From: Mustelus asterias
Lineage: Eukaryota
DNA length: 64,000 nt
Direction of reading: 5' to 3'
Assembly (NCBI RefSeq): GCF_964213995.1
Contig: NW_027590554.1
Span: forward strand, 62,001 to 126,000
In this document: in pieces, positions 38,720 to 52,337 of the stretch
Position numbering within the stretch: position 1 is the first letter of the stretch
Layout of the letters: every line of letters starts with the position of its first letter
The notes under the pieces: generated by a model
What the model saw: only the letters and a program-made list of their open reading frames with translations
Told to the model about the DNA's origin: nothing
The model's database searches: none
Translations under genes and position numbers: made by a program

Positions 38720-41340
38720 GAACATAAGAACATAAGAAATAGGAGCAGGAGTAGGCCATCTAGCCCCTCGAGCCAGCCCCGCCATTCAATAAGATCATGG
38801 CTGATCTGACGTGGATCAGTACCACTTACCCGCCTGATCCCCATAACCCTTAATTCCCTTACCGATCAGGAATCCATCCATCCGCGCTTTAAACATATTC
38901 AGCGAGGTAGCCTCCACCACCTCAGTGGGCAGAGAATTCCAGAGATTCACCACCCTCTGGGAGAAGAAGTTCCTCCTCAACTCTGTCTTAAACCGACCCC
39001 CCTTTATTTTGAGGCTGTGTCCTCTAGTTTTAACTTCCTTACTAAGTGGAAAGAATCTCTCCGCCTCCACCCTATCCAGCCCCCGCATTATCTTATAAGT
39101 CTCCATAAGATCCCCCCTCATCCTTCTAAACTCCAACGAGTACAAACCCAATCTCCTCAGCCTCTCCTCATAATCCAAACCCCTCATCTCCGGTATCAAC
39201 CTGGTGAAACTTCTCTGCTCTCCCTCCAATGCCAATATATCCTTCCTCATATAAGGGGACCAATACTGCACACAGTATTCCAGCTGCGGCCTCACCAATG
39301 CCCTGTACAGGTGCATCAAGACATCCCTGCTTTTATATTCTATCCCCCTCGCAATATAGGCCAACATCCCATTTGCCTTCTTGATCACCTGTTGTACCTG
39401 CAGACTGGGCTTTTGCGTCTCATGCACAAGGACCCCCAGGTCCCTTTTCACGGTAGCATGTTTTAATTTCTTTCCATTGAGATCGTAATCCCATTTGTTA
39501 TTATTTCCTCCAAAGTGTATAACCTCGCATTTATCAACGTTATACTCCATTTGCCATATCCTCGCCCACTCACTCAGCCTGTCCAAACCTCTCTGCAGAT
39601 CTTCTCCGTCCTCCACACGATTCACTTTTCCACTTATCTTTGTGTCGTCTGCAAACTTCGTTACCCTACACTCCGTCCCCTCCTCCAGATCATCTATATA
39701 AATGCTAAATAGTTGCGGCCCGAGTACCGATCCCTGCGGCACGCCACTAGTTACCTTCCTCCAACCGGAAAAACACTCATTTATTCCGACTCTTTGCTTC
39801 CTGTCGGATAGCCAGTCCCCAATCCACTTTAACACACTACCCCCAACTCCGTGTGCCCTAATCTTCTTCAGCAGTCTTTTATGGGGCACCTTATCAAACG
39901 CCTTTTGGAAATCTAAAAACACCGCATCCACCGGTTCTCCTCCATCAACCGCCCTAGTCACATCTTCATAAAAATCCAACATGTTCGTCAAGCACGACTT
40001 TCCCCTCATGAATCCATGCTGCGTCTGATTGATCGAACCATTTCTATCCAGAGGCCCTGCTATCTCCTCTTTAATAATGGATTCCAGCATTTTCCCTACT
40101 ACAGACGTTAAGCTCACCGGCCTATAGTTACCCGCCTTTTGTCTCCTTCCTTTTTTAAACAGCGGCGTAACATTAGCCGTTTTCCAATCAACCGGCACTA
40201 CCCCAGAATGCAACGAGTTTTGATAAATAATCACTAACGCATCCACTATTACCTCTGACATTTCTTTCAATACCCTGGGATGCATTCCATCCGGACCCGG
40301 GGACTTGTCCACCTTCAGTCCCATTAGTCTACCCAGCACTGCCTCTCTGGTAACATTAATCGTATTAAGTATTTCTCCTGCTGCCAACCCTCTATCGTTA
40401 ATATTTGGCAAACTATTTGTGTCCTCCACCGTGAAGACCGACACAAAAAACTTATTTAAAGACTCAGCCATATCCTCATTTCCCACTATTAACTCCCCCC
40501 TCTCGTCCTCCAAGGGTCCAACATTCACTCTAGCCACTCTATTCCTTTTTATATATTTATAAAAGCTTTTACTATCATTTTTTATATTAATTGCTAGCCT
40601 AGCTTCATAGTCTATCCTTCCTTTCTTTATCGCTTTCTTAGTCTCTCTTTGTTGTTTCTTAAATTTTTCCCAATCACTTGTTTCTCCACTATTTTTGGCC
40701 ACTCTGTACGCAGCTGTTTTTATTTTAATACTCTCCTTTATTTCCTTCGTTATCCACGGCTGGTTCTCCCTTTTCTTACAATCCTTGTTTTTTGCTGGAA
40801 TATATTTTTGCTGAGAACTGAAAAGGATCTCCATAAAAATCCTCCACTGTTCCTCAGGTATCCTACCTGCCAGCCTGCTCTCCCAGTCTACCGTAGCCAA
40901 TTCATCCCTCATCCTATCATATTTCCCTCTGTTCAAACAGAGGACACTGGTTTGGGACCAAACTTTCTCCTCTTCCATCTGAATCAGAAATTCGACCATA
41001 TTGTGGTCACTAGACCCAAGAGGGTCCTTCACAATAAGATCCTTAATTCTACCTACCTCGTTACACAATACCAGATCCAAAATAGCTCGTTCCCTCGTCG
41101 GTTCCGTAACATGCTGTTCAAGGAAACTATCCCGACAGCATTCTAAGAACTCTTCCTCCATTCCACCCTTACCGACTTGAGTCTGCCAGTCAATGTGTAT
41201 GTTGAAGTCCTCCATGATTATTGCCCTTCCGTTTTTACACGCATCCCTTATCTGCTTGTTTATAGCCCTCCCTACCTCAACATTATTATTTGGGGGCCTA
41301 TATACCACACCTACTAGTGTCTTTCTCCCTCTACTATTCA
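38720..41340 (-). mobile_element. Young CR1 LINE, 5'-truncated within the APE domain, ORF2 open
   Basis: ORF to 38816 is nearly identical to 45489-48010; TTCTTATG repeat tail. Confidence 0.97.
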
Positions 41341-41514
41341 ACCTAACCCGCACATCTTTGGACTGTGGGAGGAAACCGGAGCACCCGGAGGAAACCCACA
41401 CAGGCACGAGGAGAATGTGGAAACTCCACACAGACAGTGACCCGAGCCGGGATCAAACCAAGGTCCCTGGAGCTGTGAAGCAGCAGTGCTAACCACTGTG
41501 CTACCGTGCCACCC
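41341..41514 (-). mobile_element. 5' half of an HE1-type SINE fused to the CR1
   Basis: GGGTGGCACGGTAGCACAGTGG...GATGTGCGGGTTAGGTTGA runs directly into CR1 ATAGTAGAGGGAG. Confidence 0.9.
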
Positions 41515-41603
41515 AAATGTTCTATTAGTGATCTCCATTTAGAAAAAGGAAACAGAGGCACTGGGGAAGGGGCAAGAAAGATTCACAAGAATAATCCCAG
41601 AAC

Positions 41604-42305
41604 TGTAATCACTTGTGAACTCACTGGTGTTTCATCAAGTTTGCTGACTGAGTGAATCCCTTCCCAGTCAGAGCAGGTGACCAGCCTCTGCCTGGTGTGA
41701 ACTCACTGGTGGGACATTAGTTCCCGAGAGCTTTTGAAGCCACGCCCACATTTAAAGGGTCTCTCCTGGGTGTGATGATGTTGTGTCTGGGCAGGCTGGA
41801 TAACCGAGTAAATCCTTTCGCACACACCGAGCAGGTGAATGGTTTCTCCCCGGTGTGAACTCACTGGTGTTTCAGCAGTGTTGATGATATTCTAAACCTC
41901 CTTCAACAGTGAGAGCAGCTGAACGGCCTCTCCCGGTGTGAATGTGCTCGGGGATCATCAGTTCCCGAGAGCTTCTGAAGCCGGCCTCTCAGAAGAGCAT
42001 TTAAAGGGTCTCTCCTTGGAGTGAGTGGCTTTGTGTTTCTGCAGGCTGGATGACTGAGTGAATCCCTTCCCACACACAGAGCAGGGGAATGGTCTCTCCC
42101 CAGTGTGAACTCGCTGATGTTCCCACAGGCTGGATGACCTTTTAAACCTCTTTGTGCAGTGAGAGCAGCTGAACGGTCTGTCCTCAATGTGAATGCGCTG
42201 GTGGGACACCAGGTCCTGAGAGCTTTTGAATCCGCTCCCACAGTCAGATCATTTAAACAGTGTCTCATTCGTGTGAGTGACTTTGTGTCTGCGCAGGTGG
42301 GATGA
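41604..42305 (-). pseudogene. Tandem C2H2 zinc-finger pseudogene fragment
   Basis: [29 protein letters not shown] and related fingers with stops and frameshifts; cut by CR1 at about 42320. Confidence 0.9.
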
Positions 42306-42321
42306 AGTCCCCCATGTCCCC

Positions 42322-44180
42322 CATGGTCAGCTTATGATGAAAGTAAGGGGGTTGGGATAGAGGGAAAGTTGGCCGATTGGATAGGTATCTGGCTGTCTGA
42401 TCGAAGACAGAGGGTGGTGGTGAATGGAAAATTTTAGGACTGGAGGCAGGTTGCGAGCGGAGTGCCACAGGGATCAGTGCTTGGTCCTCTGCTATTTGTG
42501 ATTTTTATTAATGACCGAGAGGAGGGGGCTGAAGGGTGGATCAGTAAATTTGCTGAAGACACCAAGATTGGTGGAGTAGTGGATGAGGTGGAGGGCTGTT
42601 GTAGGCTGCAAAGAGACATAGATAGGATGCAAAGCTGGGCTGAAAAATGGCAGATGGAGTTTAACCCTGATAAATGTGAGATGATTCATTTTGGTAGGAC
42701 AAATTTAAATGTGGATTACAGGGTCAACGGTAGGGTTCTGAAGACTGTGGAGGAACAGAGAGATCTTGGGGTCCATATCCACAGATCTCTGAACGTTGCC
42801 ACTCAAATGGATAGAGCTGTGAAGAAGGCCTATAGTGTGTTAGCTTTTATTAACAGGGGGTTGGAGTTTAAGAGCCGTGGGGTTATGCTGCAACTGTACA
42901 GGTCCTTGGTGAGACCACATTTGGAATATTGTGTGCAGTTCTGGTCTCCTCACTATAAGAAGGATGTGGAAGCGCTGGAAAGAGTGCAGAGGAGATTTAC
43001 CAGGATGCTGCCTGGTTTGAAGGGTAAGTCTTCTGAGGAAAGGTCGAGGGAGCTTGGGCTGTTCTCTCTGGAGCGGAGGAGGTTGAGGGGAGACTTTATA
43101 GAGGTTTATAAAATGATGAAGGGGACAGATAGAGTGAAGGTTCAAAAACTATTTCCTCGGGTGGATGGAGGTATGACAAGGGGGCATAACTATAGGGTTC
43201 ATGGTGGGATATATAGGAAGGATATCAGAGGTAGGTTCTTTACGCAGAGAATGGTTGGGGTGTGGAATGGACTGCCTGCAGTGATAGTGGAGTCAGACAC
43301 TTTAGGAACATTTAAGCGGGCACATGGAGCACACCAGGATGATAGGGAGTGGGATAGCTTGATCTTTGTTTCAGATAAAGCTCGGCACAACATCGTGGGC
43401 CGAAGGGCCTGTTCTATGTTCTATGTCTGACTTACTCAGTTAATGGTAGGTGTTGGGGAGAGTTATAGCACAAAGAGATCTAAGGGTACATGTTCATAGC
43501 TCCTTGAAAGTGGAGTCACAGGTGGACAGAGTGGAGAATAAGGCATTCGGCATGCTTGGTTTCATTGGTCAGAACATTGAATACAGGAGTTGGGACATCT
43601 TGTTGAAGTTGTACAAGACATTGGTAAGGCCACACTTGGAATACTATGTACAGTTCTGGTCACCCTATTATAGAAAGGATATTATTAAACTAGAAAGAGT
43701 GCAGAAGAGATTTACTAGGATGCTACCAGACTTGATCGTTTGAGTTATAAGGAGAGGCTGGATAGACTGGGGCATTTTTCCTCTGGAGCTTTGGAGGCTG
43801 AGGTTGATGTTATAGAGGTCTATAAAATAATGAGGGGCATAGGTCAGCTAGATAGTCAATATCTTTTCCCAAAGGTAGGGGAGTCTAAAACTCGAGGGCA
43901 TCGGTTTAAGGTGAGAGGGGAGAGTTAGAAAAGTGTCCAGAGGGGCAATTGTTTTGCGCAGAGGGTGGTGAGTGTCTGGAACCAGCCGCCAGAGGTAGTA
44001 GTAGAGGGGGGTACAATTTTGTATTTTAAAAAGCATTTAGACAGTTACATGAGTAAAATGGGTATAGAGGAATATGGACGAAATGTGGACAATTGGGACG
44101 AGCTCAGGGGTTTTAAAAAAAGGGTGGCATGGACAAGTTGGGCCGAAGGGTCTGTTTCCATGCTGTAAACCTCTATGCCT
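42322..44180 (+). mobile_element. Two consecutive CR1 3' fragments (42322-43427 and 43428-44180)
   Basis: First is the same family as 25491-28735; second is the same family as 5996-6822. Confidence 0.92.
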
Positions 44181-44314
44181 GTTTGCCCTGGATCAAACTG
44201 ACACCCAGGAACTCCCAAATGCTGCAGCTTGAATGTGTACTAATAAACTATTTCTTTTATCCAATGATAATTTATCTTTGTTTTTAAGTATTTTATTAAC
44301 CTTACCACCTGTTG

Positions 44315-47300
44315 CTATAAGGGTAAGGCTAGGGTGGTTGAGAGCACCCCGGTGGATTTGCCCCTGCACAACAAGTACTCCTGCTTGAGTACTGCTGGGG
44401 GGGACAGCCCGCCTGGGGGAAGCAGCAGTGGCCGTGTCTCCGCAGTGGAGTCCAGCCCTGTAACTCAGAGGGCTAAGGAAAAGAGGAGGAAGGCGGTAGT
44501 AATCGGGGACTCGATGGTGAAGGGGACAGACAGGCGTTTCTGCGGAGGTAGGCGGGATTCTCGCATGGTGGTCTGCCTCCCTGGGGCCGGGATCCAGGAT
44601 GTCGCTAGTCGCGTCCCAGAAATCCTGAGGTGGGAGGGAGAGGAGCCTGAGGTAGCGGTACATATTGGTACCGCTGATGTGGGTAGGAAGGGAGAAGGGG
44701 TCATGAAAAGGGAGTACAGGGAATTAGGGAGACAGCTGAGAAAGAGGAAAGCAAAGGTAGTAATCTCAGGATTACTGCCTGTGCCACGGGAAGGTGAGGG
44801 CAGGAATGGAGTGAGGTGGAGGATGAATGTGTGGCTGAGGGACTGGTGCAGGGGGCAGGGATTCAGGTTCCTGGACCATTGGGACCTCTTTAGGGGCAGG
44901 GGTGATCTGTATACAAAAAACGGGTGGAACTTGAATCACACGGGGACCAATATCCTGGCCGGTAGGTTGGCTAAGGCTACTGGGGAGAATTTAAACTAGA
45001 TAGGTTGGGGGGAGGGGAGCTAGAAGAGTTGACTAGGATCAAGGAACTAATTGATGGGGGGGAGGATGCAGGGGTAAGGGGAATTACAAAATTAATGGTA
45101 GAGGAGAGGGTGCAAGTGAATGAAGGCGGTAATTTAGATAAGGGAGTAGAGGGAGACGGTGTTCGCGACTCATCAAAGCGGGTTCAGATAAAAGCTGGAA
45201 TAAGGACACTTTGCCTGAATGCACGAAGCATTCGGAACAAGGTGAATGAGTTGATGGTGCAAATCAGCACAAGTGGGTACGATCTAGTGGCCATTACAGA
45301 AACGTGGCTGAAAGGTGACCAGGACTGGGAGATGAATATCCAGGGGTATCAGGCGTTTAGGAAGAATAGACAGGAAGGAAAAGGTGGTGGGGTCGCGCTA
45401 TTAATAAGAGATAATATCAGGGTAGTACTGAGGGATGACATAGGCTCTGAGGAACAAAACGTGGAATCGTTATGGGTAGAGATGAGGAATAGTAGAGGGA
45501 GAAAGATACTAGTAGGTGTGGTATATAGGCCCCCAAATAATAATGTTGAGGTAGGGAGGGCTATAAACAAGCAGATAAGGGATGCGTGTAAAAACGGAAC
45601 GGCAATAATCATGGGGGACTTCAACATGCACATTGACTGGCAGACTCAAGTCGGTAATGGTGGAATGGAGGAAGAGTTCTTAGAATGCTGTCGGGATAGT
45701 TTCCTTGAACAGCATGTTACGGAACCGACGAGGGAACGAGCTATTTTGGATCTGGTATTGTGTAACGAGGTAGGTAGAATTAAGGATCTTATTGTGAAGG
45801 ACCCTCTTGGGTCTAGTGACCACAATATGGTCGAATTTCTGATTCAGATGGAAGAGGAGAAAGTTTGGTCTCAAACCAGTGTCCTCTGTTTGAACAGAGG
45901 GAAATATGATAGGATGAGGGATGAATTGGCTAAGGTAGACTGGGAGAGCAGGCTGGCAGGTAGGATAGCTGAGGAACAGTGGAGGATTTTTAAGGAGATC
46001 CTTTTCAGTTCTCAGCAAAAATATATTCCAGCAAAAAACAAGGATTGTAAGAAAAGGGAGAACCAGCCGTGGATAACGAAGGAAATAAAGGAGAGTATTA
46101 AAATAAAAACAGCTGCGTACAGAGTGGCCAAAAATAGTGGAGAAACAAGTGATTGGGAAAAATTTAAGAAACAACAAAGAGAGACTAAGAAAGCGATAAA
46201 GAAAGGAAGGATAGACTATGAAGCTAGGCTAGCAATTAATATACAAAATGATAGTAAAAGTTTTTATAAATATATAAAAAGGAATAGAGTGGCTAGAGTG
46301 AATGTTGGACCCTTGGAGGACGAGAGGGGGGAGTTAATAGTGGGAAATGAGGATATGGCTGAGTCTTTAAATAAGTTTTTTGTGTCGGTCTTCACGGTGG
46401 AGGACACAAATAGTTTGCCAAATATTAACGATAGAGGGTTGGCAGCAGGAGAAATACTTAATACGATTAATGTTACCAGAGAGGCAGTGCTGGGTAGACT
46501 AATGGGACTGAAGGTGGACAAGTCCCCGGGTCCGGATGGAATGCATCCCAGGGTATTGAAAGAAATGTCAGAGGTAATAGTGGATGCGTTAGTGATTATT
46601 TATCAAAACTCGTTGCATTCTGGGGTAGTGCCGGTTGATTGGAAAACGGCTAATGTTACGCCGCTGTTTAAAAAAGGAAGGAGACAAAAGGCGGGTAACT
46701 ATAGGCCGGTCAGCTTAACGTCTGTAGTAGGGAAAATGCTGGAATCCATTATTAAGGAGGAGATAGCAGGGCATCTGGATAGAAATGGTTCGATCAATCA
46801 GACGCAGCATGGATTCATGAGGGGAAAGTCGTGCTTGACGAACATGTTGGATTTTTATGAAGATGTGACTAGGGCGGTTGATGGAGGAGAACCGGTGGAT
46901 GCGGTGTTTTTGGATTTCCAAAAGGCGTTTGATAAGGTGCCCCATAAAAGGCTGCTGAAGAAGATTAGGGCACACGGAGTTGGGGGTAGTGTGTTAAAGT
47001 GGATTGGGGACTGGCTATCCGACAGGAAGCAAAGAGTCGGAATAAATGGGTGTTTTTCCGGTTGGAGGAAGGTAACTAGTGGCGTGCCGCAGGGATCGGT
47101 ACTCGGGCCGCAACTATTTAGCATTTATATAGATGATCTGGAGGAGGGGACGGAGTGTAGGGTAACGAAGTTTGCAGACGACACAAAGATAAGTGGAAAA
47201 GTGAATCGTGTGGAGGACGGAGAAGATCTGCAGAGAGATTTGGACAGGCTGAGTGAGTGGGCGAGGATATGGCAAATGGAGTATAACGTTGAGAAATGCG

Positions 47301-48110
47301 AGGTTATACACTTTGGAGGAAATAATAACAAATGGGATTACTATCTCAATGGAAACAAATTAAAACATGCTACCGTGCAAAGGGACCTGGGGGTCCTTGT
47401 GCATGAGACGCAAAAGCCCAGTCTGCAGGTACAACAGGTGATCAAGAAGGCAAATGGGATGTTGGCCTATATTGCGAGGGGGATAGAATATAAAAGCAGG
47501 GATGTCTTGATGCACCTGTACAGGGCATTGGTGAGGCCGCAGCTGGAATACTGTGTGCAGTATTGGTCCCCTTATATGAGGAAGGATATATTGGCATTGG
47601 AGGGAGTGCAGAGAAGGTTCACCAGGTTGATACCGGAGATGAGGGGTTTGGATTATGAGGAGAGGCTGAGGAGATTGGGTTTGTACTCGTTGGAGTTTAG
47701 AAGGATGAGGGGGGATCTTATGGAGACTTATAAGATAATGCGGGGGCTGGATAGGGTGGAGGCGGAGAGATTCTTTCCACTTAGTAAGGAAGTTAAAACT
47801 AGAGGACACAGCCTCAAAATAAAGGGGGGTCGGTTTAAGACAGAGTTGAGGAGGAACTTCTTCTCCCAGAGGGTGGTGAATCTCTGGAATTCTCTGCCCA
47901 CTGAGGTGGTGGAGGCTACCTCGCTGAATATGTTTAAAGCGCGGATGGATGGATTCCTGAGCGGTAAGGGAATTAAGGGTTATGGGGATCAGGCGGGTAA
48001 GTGGTACTGATCCACGTCAGATCAGCCATGATCTTATTGAATGGCGGGGCAGGCTCGAGGGGCTAGATGGCCTACTCCTGCTCCTATTTCTTATGTTCTT
48101 ATGTTCTTAT
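44315..48110 (+). mobile_element. Young CR1 LINE: C-terminal ORF1 (SGNH esterase-like) and uninterrupted ORF2 45005-48010
   Basis: ORF1 VVIGDS...VHIGTAD...VVISGLLP; ORF2 has APE (NARS, ITETW, GDFN, SDH) and RT (QGSVLGP, FADD) motifs with no stops. Confidence 0.97.
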
Positions 48111-48363
48111 ACTATTTTGATCCTTAGGAACAGAATAAATCTTAGTTACTTAGCAGATACTCACAAAAAATCTGGCTTCTTCTCCTGTCGAAGAGTAAGA
48201 TCACTTCCTAAATGCTGAGAAAGGTAGAAAGCAAAAGGGCACCTCTTTCCCTTCCTTCCCTAACTCCGTTAATTACCCAACTCCCAGAACTCTATTCTAA
48301 GCTGCACTCAAGTGATGTCGGTTCAGAGCTGTTTCTGAGCTGTAGATTCAAAACAATACTCAC

Positions 48364-49556
48364 TTGCAGACAGGGACATGAAGGCCTGTATGGGTCTCCA
48401 GGCCATCATGCACACCATCATGATAGGGAGGATGGAGATGGTGTTGCCAGCCATGTACATGATGAACAGATTCATGGGCAGCTGTTTCAATGGGCCCAAG
48501 GCGGTGTCCCAGCAGGACTGAAAACAGAAAGTGAGCAGGGTATCAGTGAAGGGGGCCGGTTAGGGGAGGCCATATGCTGATCTTATACCCAGGCCTGGAA
48601 GTAAGGATGACCATTAACCCTTTAACACACAGGCTGCTGTGGTTCACCAAGGTACTTCACCACCGTGGACAAACCAGGGGCGTTGTCAGCCACACACTAA
48701 AGACACATTCAAATCCAACTTACTTTCTCGACCAGGATCCTGTCTGTTTCTTGGATGCAGATGTCCGGTAGCTGTTTGTCCGAATATGCGACTGGGCACA
48801 TGGAGTCTCTCTGGCCACACTGTTGATCACGGCTCCTATGAGAAACAGAAAACACAAGTTGGTCACCCTTTCAAGACCTTCTTTAAAGAGGGAGTCTCTC
48901 TGTTGAGGACCCCAACGTGGTGGCAATAGTGCCAGCATGAACTAAAGCTTGGGCAAACCTCAGACACACACTGCCATTGTGTCCACTGAACTGCCACGGG
49001 AATGAAGGGCTGCAGAAGTGGATTTAGTGTGAATTGATAATCAGGGTGCCAATCCGCTTGCCCTCCATTTAGGGACAAAGTGACAAATCACCAGAAGTAC
49101 CAAATTGTATCTTGAAAACAAACACTGCGGGACATTGAGAGAGATCCAGTTCAGCACCCGGCCCTGGAACCGAGCAATCGTTCCTCCAACCACCACCGCA
49201 GTTGGCACCTGATCAGGTGGAGGGGCTGAAACCAAGATGGCATCTCAGGGTCATGACCTGGGGAAAAGATGCCAAGTGGGGTCTGAGTGGTTTCTGGGGG
49301 ATTTGAGGGGCTGCTTTGTGATCAGGAGCTCGGTGAGGGGTAAAAGAGGCGCGAAAAACCCGGGGTTGGGAAGTTTTGGGTTGGTGCCACGTCCCCGGGC
49401 CAGTGTGCGGTGGCGTCCCCTCGGGAGAGGCGGGCTGACCCGGCTTGTCGCTTACTCGAGACCCCGGCTCCCCGCGCGGCCTCCGCACCTGCTGGTGCCG
49501 CTCAGGGTCCGCTTGTGCCAGCACGCGCGGTTGTCAAGCCCCGCCCCTGCAGCCAT
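48364..49556 (-). pseudogene. EMC4: EMC4 (ER membrane complex subunit 4) exons 1-3: 49556-49456, 48835-48724, 48517-48364; 3' exons not found
   Basis: Spliced frame ...[55 protein letters not shown]; GT-AG introns in phases 2, 0, 1; pseudogene status is inferred. Confidence 0.88.
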
Positions 49557-49760
49557 GACAACGCCGCTGACCGTTAACCGTCCCCCCCTTTCAAATCTGA
49601 TTCCGATCAAGAGAAGAAGCAGCGTATTTCCGTCAACAAAACACTCCCGCTCCAATGCGGATGTGCAAGCCCAACCGCCTTAGCGTTCTGCGGGCACCGC
49701 CCAAAGCCCCGCCCCCACATCGTCGTCATCTTTTTTAGCGGCACATCTGTTCCGACACTT
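49330..49760 (-). promoter_or_regulatory. CpG-rich promoter/first exon of the EMC4 copy
   Basis: High GC and CpG density; GC-box CCCCGCCCC near 49707. Confidence 0.65.
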
Positions 49761-50334
49761 CACCTTCTGTCCAAATGGAGCACGTTTGCCCCGCACAAAG
49801 ATGGACATCACTTAATGTCAGAGATATTTGCAATATTGAGTCCAGATGACCCTTTATCAAAGCAAAAAGAAATAGCAAGTGGGAGATATTTATACTGCAG
49901 GGTGAGGGAATTAAAGATGAGCCATAGCCACAGAAACCAGGGGAAAAGACTGCTAATGGCTGTCCACATTCTCTCTGTGGACAACCATTATAGCACCAGG
50001 GACTCATGTTCGTTTCTCGGCTTGGGTGACTGCCTGTGCGGAGTCTGCACGTTCTCCAGGTGCTCCTGGAGAACATGCTCCTCTTTTTCTTCTCATGAAA
50101 ATCCAGTATTTCCGATCGCCCTGAATGAATTTTGAGGCCCAGGTCAGAGCGAATAAATAAAAGCAAAAAACTGTGGATGCTGGAATCTGAAACAAAAACT
50201 GAAAATGAGCCTCTGTGGTAAATGCATCATTGTCAATCTATTTTACTCGGTATTTGTTTCATTATTCAACATTTAACATCAATACATTTATTTATTATGC
50301 ATCTCCTCATTCTGAATTGAATATTCAGAGAGTT

Positions 50335-51415
50335 CATAAAAGAGAGCTAGGCAATGGTAGGGATCTAGATGAGTATACGGCTTGTAGGAAGGGACTTAAG
50401 AAAGAAATTAGGAGAGCAAGAAGCGGTCACGAGAAGGCCTTGGCAGGTAAGATTAAGGAGAACCCTGAGGCGTTCTATAAATATGTGAAGAGTAAAAGGA
50501 TGAGATGTGAAGGAATAGGACCTATAAAATGTGAAGGTGAGAAAGTCTGTACAGAACTGGAAGAAATAGCAGAGGTGCTTAATGAATATTTTACCTCGGT
50601 ATTCACAGTGGAAAAAGACCTGGGTGGTTGTACTACAGGATTGAGGTGGACTGAAAAGATTGAGTATGAGGACATTAAGAAAGAGGATGTGTTGGAAATT
50701 TTGAATAGCATCAAGATAGATAAGTTGCTGGGACCGGGTGGGATGTACCCCAGGTTACTGTGGGAGGCGAGGGAAGAGACTGCAGAGCCTCTGGCGATGA
50801 TCTTTGCATCATCGATGGAGACGGGAGAGGTTCTGGAGGATTGCGGATGTGGTTCCTATATTGAAGAAAGGGAATAGGGATAGCCCAGGAAATTACCGAC
50901 TGGTGAGTCTAACCTCAGTGGTTGGTAAGTTGATGGAGAAAATCCTGAGGGACAGGATTTATGAACATTTAGAGAAGTTTAGGATGCTCAAACATAGTCA
51001 GCACGGCTTTGTCAAAGGCAAATTGTGTCTTACGAGCCTGGTGGAGTTCTTTGAAAATGTGACTGAACACATTGACGAAGGAAAAGCGGTAGATGTGGTT
51101 TACATGGACTTCAGCAAGGCATTCGATAAGGTCCCCCATGCAAGACTTCTCGAGAAAGTGAGAGGGCATAGGATCCAAGGGGCTGTTGCCTTGTGGATCC
51201 AGAACTGGCTTGCCTGCAGAAGGCAGAGAGTAGTTGTAGATGGGTCTTTTTCTGAATGGAGGTCGGTCACCAGTGGATTGCCCCAGGGATCTGTTCTGGG
51301 ACCCTTGCTGTTTGTCATTTTCATAAATGACTGGATGAGGAAGTGGAGGGATGGGTTGGTAAGTTTGCCGACGACACAAAAGTTGATGGTGTTGTGGATA
51401 GTTTGGAGGGATGTC
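50335..51415 (+). mobile_element. CR1 internal fragment, same family as 697-2414
   Basis: ORFs 50215-50877 and 50804-51481 contain RT motifs; ends abruptly against V-E. Confidence 0.92.
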
Positions 51416-52337
51416 TGCCTGGGTATTGACAACACCAGAATAAATAATAAGCATCGTCGGTATAGGTGCAGATTAAAGTGACATCTTCTCACTCTGTCTG
51501 TGTGAGTGAGGATTCCCGCCGAGTAACAGAATCTCCATCGTTCAGACCGAGAACACAAGGTTAACAAACAAAAGTCATTGATTAAAAGTTCACTTGAAGC
51601 GAGGGTGAAAAATCAGTGCAACATAAAAGAAGGTATTAAATTCTAACACATTCACTCCAACTGATCTATGTCCCCTTTCACAATCCCTCGGAGAATCCTC
51701 CCTCCTGCCTCATCTCAAATACCTCTATCCCTTTCTACCTCAGCGGGTTCTCTAGTTTGCCCTCAAATGCATCGTTACTCCTCTCCTCAACAGTTCATTG
51801 TGTCAGTGTGAGTCACTTCCACAGAACTCTTTCAAAAAAAGTTTCTCTGTAATTCCCAGTTGATCTTTTTGTTACACTTAGATTTATGGGACACAGATAT
51901 GTAATTCTCCCCAGATGGAATCATCCTCTCCCCGTCCAGCACACTAAATCTCTTTGATTTGCTTTATTATTATTTAAATTGATTTGATCATCATTGTCCA
52001 GAAATCAGTCAGATTACCTGATCGTCTTCTCGTCCAGAGAGAGAGAGTAATCATAATTTTTATAATGCTTTCTGATAGCTCTCATCTTCCAACCCTGGGA
52101 CCATCTCTTTAAATCGCCTTTGCTGTGCGCTTTTAGAACCTGTTCTCCAAAAGACCAAAGCCACAAACAAAGATTCATTTGTGCTCTAAGGCAGGTCTAA
52201 TACTTGTTTAACACGAAAGTCCTGCTTTTCAAACTTCTTCCTCCATAAATTAAACTCCCTTTTACTCTTTTTCAAGTTTCAAACTTCTTACCGACAATGA
52301 ATGTCACCCAGAAAACAGCGAGAAGGGAGCTCCGCAT
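51409..52337 (-). pseudogene. TCR V pseudogene (V-E), 3' half and RSS lost
   Basis: Leader MRSSLLAVFWVTFIV-G/GTAAG at 52337-52292; exon from 51547 [45 protein letters not shown]. Confidence 0.85.

Noticed and set aside
38816-41431. 871-aa ORF as a host gene
   Set aside because: It is SINE sequence fused to CR1 ORF2 and starts at a non-ATG codon
39017-47809. Duplicated antisense ORFs of 65-165 aa
   Set aside because: They are shadow frames on the opposite strand of the CR1 ORF2 copies
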